64,000 nt of DNA, from assembly GCA_030141605.1 (NCBI GenBank), contig JAQGDQ010000179.1:248001-312000 (forward strand), given 5' to 3'. This document shows, one piece after another, positions 25,606-34,600 of the stretch. How positions within the stretch are numbered: the first letter of the stretch is position 1; each line of letters begins with the position of its first letter. Origin of the DNA: Tubiluchus corallicola. Its lineage: Eukaryota; Animalia; Priapulida. The notes beneath the pieces are model-generated. The model was not told the origin of the DNA and did no database searches. It saw only the letters and a program-made list of their open reading frames with translations. A program made the translations under genes and the position numbers.

Positions 25606-28600
25606 ATGGATCCTGCAAGTCAAATAAATACATACCTTTCATTTCTACAAATGATTGGTGATGTCACAGCGAAAGAAGAAAATCGCTTGAAAGCTGCGCA
25701 GGAAATCAGCGAAAATTTTGAAACCATTGTTGCATCACCTCAGTATTCTTCATTTCTTGAGCACATGATGAGATATTTTATAAAATTTTTGCAAGAAGTT
25801 GAACCGCAGTTTGTCTCAGAATACAGCATGCAACAACTGCGAAAGCTTACATTGGACATCATTCATCGAGTTCCTACTACTGAAGCTCTACGTCCATATG
25901 TCAAACAAATAGTTAATCTCATGTTTAAACTGATCCAGATTGAAAATGAAGAAAATGTACTTGTATGCTTAAAAGTAATTATTGAGTTACATAAACAGTA
26001 CCGTCCCCAGTATAGTTCAGAGATACAGGTCTTTTTGCATTTCGTGAAGGGTGTCTACAAAGAATTTCCTAAACATGTGAATGGTGTGTTTGAACCACGA
26101 TCGAACATAAAATTGATGGACATTACTGATGTCAGCATAGATACACTGCTGCAAGACTTATTTACAATTACGCCGGTTCAAACCGAAAAGAAAAATGCAG
26201 ACGGAAGTTCAATTACTTATAACATCATACCAAGAGCAACATGCTCGCTGAAGGTACTTGCTGAATTACCGATCATTGTTGTTCTTATGTACCAGTTATA
26301 CAAACAAAACGTCCACCAGGATGTTGCAGAATTTATTCCTCTTATTATGGACACTATTGTTTTGCAACCTTTGCCTGCACATAGAAGTAGCCCTGCATTT
26401 AACAAAGAAGTTTTTGTTGACTTTGTTGCAGCACAAATTAAGACGTTATCATTTTTGGCCTATATTATTAAATTTTATCAGGATCTTGTATCGCAGCACT
26501 CGAATCATCTTGTAAAAGGAATGCTTGGACTTTTGACTCTGTGTCCACATGAAGTTGCTCATCTCCGTAAAGAGTTATTGATTGCTGCTCGTCATATTCT
26601 TGCAACCCAGCTACGAATTCGCTTTGTGCCTCACATTGACCGACTCTTTGACGAGAATATTCTTATTGGAACTGGATGGACGGCACATGAGTCACTGCGC
26701 CCCTTGGCTTACAGTACCCTTGCTGATTTAGTTCATCACGTCCGCCACCACTTGTCGCTTAATGACTTGTCCCTGGCTGTAAGCTTGTTCTCTAAAAATG
26801 TTCATGATGAGTCACTTCCCTCCAGCATTCAAACCATGTCTTGTAAACTGCTTCTGAATCTTGTGGAGTGCATTAAGCAGAAGAGCGAGCAAGAAAATGG
26901 AAATGGTCGTGATCTCTTAATTAGAATGCTGGAGGTTTTTGTGCTTAAGTTTAAAGTAATTGCTAAAGTGCACTTTCCACTCATTTTCCAGAAATGCAAA
27001 TCTTCTGTAACTCAACCACAATCAACTACTGTTTCCTTGTCTGCAACAGCACAACCACCAACTCCTCAGACACCCCCAACTCCTGCACCCGTAATACCTC
27101 AAGCTGCCATTTCTTCGATTGACGAGAAATTTGCAATTTTGGAAAAGGATGAAAAAGCGTTAAAGGCAATGTCATTACTGCAGCAGACTACTACAACTTC
27201 CCAAGTGACAATTTCACCAATAAGAGATCAGAAATTTGGTATGGCACCCTTGCAGCCTTTGTCGGTTCCAGATTGCAGAAGTCTTGTAAAAACTCTTGTT
27301 TGTGGTGTCAAGACAATCACTTGGGGATGTGCATCTTGCAAAGTAGGTAATGATCAAACTTTTGTTCAGAACAAAAACTTTCAGCCTAAGGAGGCTTTGG
27401 TGTTCATTCGCTTAGTCAAGTATGCATTATTAGCTTTAGATATTTATACTATCAACTACACGGCAACTGGCCAGAGTATTCTAAGGACAGCACAGCAACA
27501 GACTGTGCGATCAAAAGAAGAGAAAGAGGTGCTAGAGCATTTTGCTGGTGTATTCACCATGATGAATCCGCAGACGTTTAAGGAGATCTTCTCTACCACT
27601 GTTAGTTTTATGGTGGAGAGAATATACAAAAACTACACTTTGCAAATTGTTGCAAATAGCTTTCTTGCAAATCCGACAACATCTGCCACATTTGCTACTA
27701 TTTTGGTAGAATACTTACTTGAAAGACTGGAAGACATGGGATCAAACTTAGAAAAGTCTAATTTGTATTTAAAAATGTTCAAGCTTGTGTTTGGTTCCGT
27801 ATCTCTTTTTGCAGAGGAAAATGAGCAGATGCTAAAGCCGCACCTACACCAAATTGTTAATAAGTCCATGGAGCTTGCCATGAGTGCACAAGAACCATAC
27901 AACTATTTTTTATTATTGAGAGCACTATTTCGCTCAATAGGTGGTGGAAGCCATGACCTCCTGTACAGAGAGTTTTTGCCTCTGCTGCCAAATCTGTTGC
28001 AAGGTCTCAACAGTTTGCAAAGTGGTCTGCACAAAGCACACATGAAAGACCTGTTCGTGGAATTATGCTTTACAGTGCCTGTCAGGTTGAGTTCTCTTCT
28101 TCCCTATTTACCTATGCTCATGGATCCACTAGTATCAGCCTTAAATGGTTCACAAACTCTGATTAGTCAAGGGCTCAGGACTTTGGAACTGTGTGTTGAT
28201 AACCTTCAGCCTGATTTCCTGTATGACCATATTCAGCCAGTCCGTGCTGAGTTAATGCAAGCTTTGTGGAAGACGTTACGGAATCCAAACGACACAATTG
28301 CCAATGTTGCTTTTCGAGTTTTAGGAAAATTTGGAGGTGGAAATCGAAAAATGTTGAACGAACCACAAAAATTGAATTTTAACAAAAGGGAGACTAGTGG
28401 ACCATGCATTACCTTGCACTTCCAGGACACAAAGTCTTCCGTAGCTTTGCCAGTTGAAAAAGCTATAAATGCTGCTTTAACTGCTTTGCATACAGGTGCA
28501 ACTGAGTCACATTATAGAAAGCAGAGCTGGGAAATCATTAAATGTTTTTTGGTATCAGCTATTAATCTTGATGATGATAAGCACAATATGCAACAGTTAT

Positions 28601-31600
28601 TCACGCATTCAACTTTTGTGGAGAAGGAAATCACTCCAATTCAATCATCATTGTATAAGTGCACAGACTGGCAAGCTAGAGATGTTCACGTTCAAGCACT
28701 TACAGGACTATTTGTAGCTGCAGCAATTAAAGAGTTAAGGTCAGCTGTTTTACCAACACTAGCATTTCTGGTTAGACATTACACTATGGTGGCTGTTTCA
28801 CAACAATGTGGTCCATTCCCAATGAATGAAAAACAGAATAAATTGCAAGGCATGGACTGCCTTGTTTTGATAGATGCCTTAGCAGTTTTAATGGGGCACG
28901 AAGATAAAGAACTTTGTAAGCCTGGGCATCTTGCACTTGTTCTTATCATGGATACGGCCAGCACACTTTTGGGATCAAAAGAACGAGCCTGTCACCTTCC
29001 ATTGTTTGAGTACTTGGTAGAGAAAATGTGTTCACTTTGCTATGATCGTGCTTGGTATGCAAAAATGGGTGGCTGCATTGCTATAAAATTTCTGTTTGAG
29101 CACATGTCAATGAAGTGGGTTTTAGATCATGAGTTCTTATTCTTAAAGGCATTGTTGTTTGTGATGATGGATTTGACAAATGAAGTTTCAAATGGTGCAG
29201 TAACAATAGCTAAAGAAAACCTTGAAAAACTGCTAATCCACTGTAGCACACCAGTCGAAACAAAAATTGAGCCGGGAACTGAGAACAATCCTGCAACCGA
29301 AGAATTAGTTGCTGCTCAGAAAAAGTCATTCCATAGCATCACACATGAGTTAGTGAGACAAGTGACGTCACCAAATACAACAGTAAGAGAGCAAGCCATG
29401 CATTCTTTAGAGATACTAGCAAAAAATGTAGACAAAACCATCACCGAAATCATGGAACCACACAAAGAGGTCCTAGTAGACATGATACCACCGAAAAAAC
29501 ATTTACTAAGGCACCAACCAGCTAATGCTCAAATAGGTTTAATGGATGGTAATACATTCTGCACTACATTGAATCCCAGGCTTTTTACAATGGATTTAAA
29601 CATTGTTGAGCACAAGGTTTTTTTCACTGAGCTAATCAGTTTATGTGAGGCTGAAGATACAGTTTTATTGAAGCTACCTTGTTACAAGTCCATAACTGAT
29701 CTTGTACCACTTCGGAAGAGTGCTCTGTGTGCACTTGCAGCATGTCATTATATACCACAATGTCAAGAAAAGATATTCAGCTTGCTGTATAAAGCTTTGA
29801 ATTCCAATAACAACGATCTTGCGCAAGCAGGTTACGAATGCATGAAGAAGTTTCTAGCAGGCTGTCAGATAGACATGGAAATTGTCCATAGTCATATGCG
29901 TCCATTGTTGCTGATGCTAGGGGATTATCGCAGTTTGACCTTGAATGTGATTCAGAGATTATCGTATCTCACTCAATTATTCCCTAATACTTTTCATGAA
30001 AAACTGTGTGAACAATTACTGGCTCATTTGAAGAGATGGTTGGATGCCGCTGCTGTAGCGCACAAAGGAACTACAAAAAATAACGGCAATGAGCTTAAGA
30101 TATGTGCTGCTATAATTGATATGTTCCATAAAGTACCAGCAGCCAGTGCTAAATTCGTTGAACTTTTAACAACCCTGGTGCTCAGAGCTGAAAGAACCTT
30201 GTTGATTGAAGCTGGTAGTCCATTTCGTCAACCTCTAATGAACTTTTTATTGCGCTACCCCCAACAAACTGTAGACATGTTTCTCATAGAATCTACTATA
30301 AAAGATCAGCAATGCACTCGTTATTTAGAGTACCTGATTAGTCACGAGAAAGGAGAGCCATTTAGGGCTGTTTTGAAGGCAAACCCAAATCGACTGATTG
30401 CCATGGCATTTGGAACCATACAAGTTCAAGGGCAAATGATGCAACCTTCATCACCTACAGGTACAGGCACTACTAAGCATGAACTGGAATTCCAAGCAGT
30501 TCGGTTAACGAGTATTATTGTTGACTTTGATGACCGTTGGTTGTCATCACAAACACAACTTGTGGCCACTTTTCGGAAAATCTGGATTGCTGACCAGTTT
30601 CAAGAACGACACAAAAAACTGGATAATGTTGATTTTGCACACTGGTCAGCTCCTAAGCTCATAGTCAAGTGTTTGTTAAATTACTGTAAACACCGGCCAA
30701 ATGATATAGAATTGTTGTATCAATTACTGAGAGCAATGACTGGTCGATTTATTCCTTGCTTTCAAGAACTAAGAGAATACCTAGAAACAAAGGTTGCACA
30801 TGAGTATCCTGTGGAATGGAAAAGAAAAGCTTTCTTCAAGTTTGTAGAAGTTTTCCATGATCAAAATTTTCCTCAGGCTTTAAAAGCTAAAATTCTTCAG
30901 TGTGTCCTTATTCCCAGTTTCCAGTCAGCTTTTGAAAAAGGTGATGGCGAAAAGCTGATAGGTGGACCACCTGCTCCTGAGCAAGACAGCAATGACAATG
31001 TTGTCAGTATTTTTATTAATAAAATCATTGACCCAGAAAAACCTTTTGGAACATCTGATGCTGTGCGTATTTTGATGCTGCAATTTTCCTGTCTTTTAGT
31101 GGAACACGCATCTCCACACATTCATGATTCAGCCAATAAGAAGCAAGGAAATAAACTAAGAAGACTGATGACGTTTGCTTGGCCTTGTTTATTGCAAAAG
31201 ACTTGCGTTGATCCCACTACTAAATACCACGGGCATTTGTTGCTAGCGCATATTATTTCTAAGTTTGCTATTCACAAACGTATTGCACTTCAAGTGTTTC
31301 ACAGTTTGCTGAAAGCTCATGCTGTTGAAGCACGCAGTGTTGTTCGACAAGCCTTGGAAATACTAACACCTGCCATGCCTGCCAGGATGGAGGATGGCAA
31401 TACTATGCTGACTCACTGGACAAAGAAAATAATTGTTGAAGAGGGACACACTTTAGCACAACTGGTGCACATATTGCAGTTGTTGGTGAGACATTACAAG
31501 GTTTATTATCCAGTTAGGCACCATCTTATATCACACATGGTTGGTTCAATGAATCGTTTAGGATTCACCACAACGGCTGCAGTAGAACATAGAAAACTTG

Positions 31601-34600
31601 CAGTTGAGTTAGCTGAGGTAATATTAAAGTGGGAATTGCAGCGACTAAAAGATGAACAGGAAGCTGCTATTGATGATTCAGCAGTGGAACAAACAACGTC
31701 TCAGCTGAAACGACCAACATCAGTTGATTCGCCGCAAGATTCTAAAAGAATGCGCCACTCGTCTGGAGCTAGTGTTCGCAGTCAAGGAACTCATGATGTA
31801 CTTAAGCCACTGGATAAAATACACTGTGATGCTGTTGTCAACTTTTTAATCAGATTGGCGTGTCATGTTAATGAGGCATCGACGACAGTTGGTTCTCCAG
31901 GTGACCTGCTTTCCAGACGCTGTGTGCAGTTGCTGAAAGTTGCACTAAAACCAGATGTGTGGGAAAATGCAGATTTGAAGCTTTCGTGGTTGGATAAACT
32001 ACTTATGTCTGCTGGTAGAGGTGATGTAGATACCCCACAACCAAATTATGCAAATATTTGTACCGGGCTTGAGGTCCTCAGTTTCTTAATTTCAGTTCTT
32101 ACTAATGAAGTTATCTTATCCACCCTTAAACCTTTGCAAAGAGGAATTGCCGCATGCATGACCTGTCCTAATTCTAAGGTTATTCGATCAGTTCATAGTT
32201 TGCTCGTTCGTCTAATGGACAAATTTCCCACTGAATCTGCTACATCAAATGTTGCTTCTAAGTATGAGGAATTAGAATGTCTGTATGCATGTGTAAGCAA
32301 AGTTGTCTATGAAGGTTTGGCAAGCTATGAAAAATCAGCCAGTGGGTCTCCATCTAGTCTCTTTGGTACGCTGATGATTCTTAAAGCTGCATGCTTCAAC
32401 AATCATTGTTACATTGATCGTCTTATTACTTCCTTTATGAGAGTTTTGCTAAAGATGACTAGAGAGCACCTTGTGCCATCTCAACCAGACACTAGTCAAG
32501 TTGCTAGTGAACTACTGATTTTAAGCTTGGACTTGGTCAAGAACAGAGTGGGTGTTATGAGCAGTGACATGCGGAAATCATTTATTGGCACAATTTTGGT
32601 TGGCTTGTTAGAAAAAACACCTGATGTTAAAATAATGAAGGCAATTACAAAAATGGTGGAAGACTGGGTGAAAACTAAAGACCCAATACAACTAAATCAG
32701 GGTCCCTCGTTGCGAGAAAAATCGATTTTGCTGGTGAAGATGATGCAGTATATCGAAAAACGGTTTCCTGATGATCTGGAACTCAATGCTCAGTTTCTTG
32801 AATTAATCAACTATGTATATAGAGATGAATCTCTACATGGAACAGAACTTCATAACAAATTGGAGCCTGCATTCCTTGCTGGGCTTAGGTGTCTTCAGCC
32901 TCATATTCGTGCGAAATTTTTTGATATATATGAGATGAGTATTCGCAGAAGACTTTTTGATCGATTAATGTACATATGCTGTACCCAAAATTGGGAACAT
33001 ATGGGTGCTCATTATTGGATTAAACAGTGTATTGAACTAGTATTAGCTGTGGCTGTGAATGGAACACCAATTACAACAGCCACACCTTCTAGTCAACTGC
33101 CGTCTATTATGTCAGTTGTCAATCTTGCTGATACACAAGAAAAAGCTGAATTTGTTATAGCAACAAAGATTAAAGAGGAGCCAATGGATGTGGAATCGGT
33201 AGACCACAAAGAGGATGAAGACATTGATATAGAGATAAATAATGCACATGACGAAGCTGGTATTGGCAAAGAATCTCTGAAAAAAGAGATTCCTGACCCA
33301 AAGCAAAGCTTGCAACTTTTACTAACAAGGCAAGCAAAGTTCATAGAGGGACTAAGAGATGTAAAGACCGTAACTTTTCTGGCAGCCATCGCTCAGTTGT
33401 GCCACACAAATACCCAACTTTCAGAAGATTTGTGGAAGCAGCTTTTCCCTCGAATTTGGAAAGTACTGACTGAGAGACAACAGCATGCACTTTCAGGAGA
33501 AATTCAACCATTCTTGTGCAGCGGAGCACACCTTATACAGAAAGATTGCCATCCAAGTACAATAAAAACATTTATGGAAGCAGTTGCTATGTGTGTTCCA
33601 GCAATTACCATTAAACCATGTGTACTGAAATATCTGGGAAAGTCTCATAACTTGTGGCACAGAGTCACACTGATGCTGGAGCAGACTGCCTTTGACAATG
33701 GTGCAACATCTCAGCTGAAGTCTCGCAGCATTGCTGAGTGTTATGAGTTTGAGCCAGTTGTATCCCCACATCAGGAAATCCTTGACACTCTCGTTGATTT
33801 ATATAGTTTACTAAAGGAAGATGATATGTGGGCTGGAATTTGGCAAAAGCGAGCTAAATACACCGAAACTGTGACAGCTATAGCATATGAGCAGCAAGGT
33901 TTCTTTGAGCAAGCTCAGACTGCTTACGAAGCAGCCATGAGTAAAGCAAGGCAAGATCACAATGTGCAAACTGCTTCCCCTTCTCTGCACTCGGAATACA
34001 AACTGTGGGAAGATCACTGGATAAGGTGCTCTAAAGAGCTAAACCAATGGGATATTCTTCTTGACTATGGAAACTCAAAAGGTGCAAGTAATCCATTCCT
34101 TGTGCTTGAAAGTGCTTGGAGAGTTCCTCAGTGGACGTTAATGAAGGAAGCTTTGTCACAAGTTGAACTTAGTTATCCCAAAGAACTTTCATATAAGGTG
34201 AACATGTATCGTGGCTACATCTCTATATGCCACCCCGATGAGCACCATCTTGGTATGATAGATAGATTAGTTGAAATATCCAGTAATCAGGCCATAAAAG
34301 AGTGGCGTAGATTGCCCCGAGTAGTATCTAACATTCATTTATCCTTACTGCAAGCCGCTCAACAACTCATTGAATTAAACGAAGCTGCTCAGATTAACCA
34401 AGGGTTGCAACCACAGAATATCGGACGAACAAACAGTTTACATGACATGAAATCAATCGTAAAAACTTGGAGAAACCGATTACCAATAATATCAGATGAC
34501 CTTAGTCACTGGAGTGATATCTTTACTTGGCGGCAGCATCACTATCAATTTATTGTTAGTCATTATGACTCGCACTCATCGGCCGAGTCTGGTCAAAACC

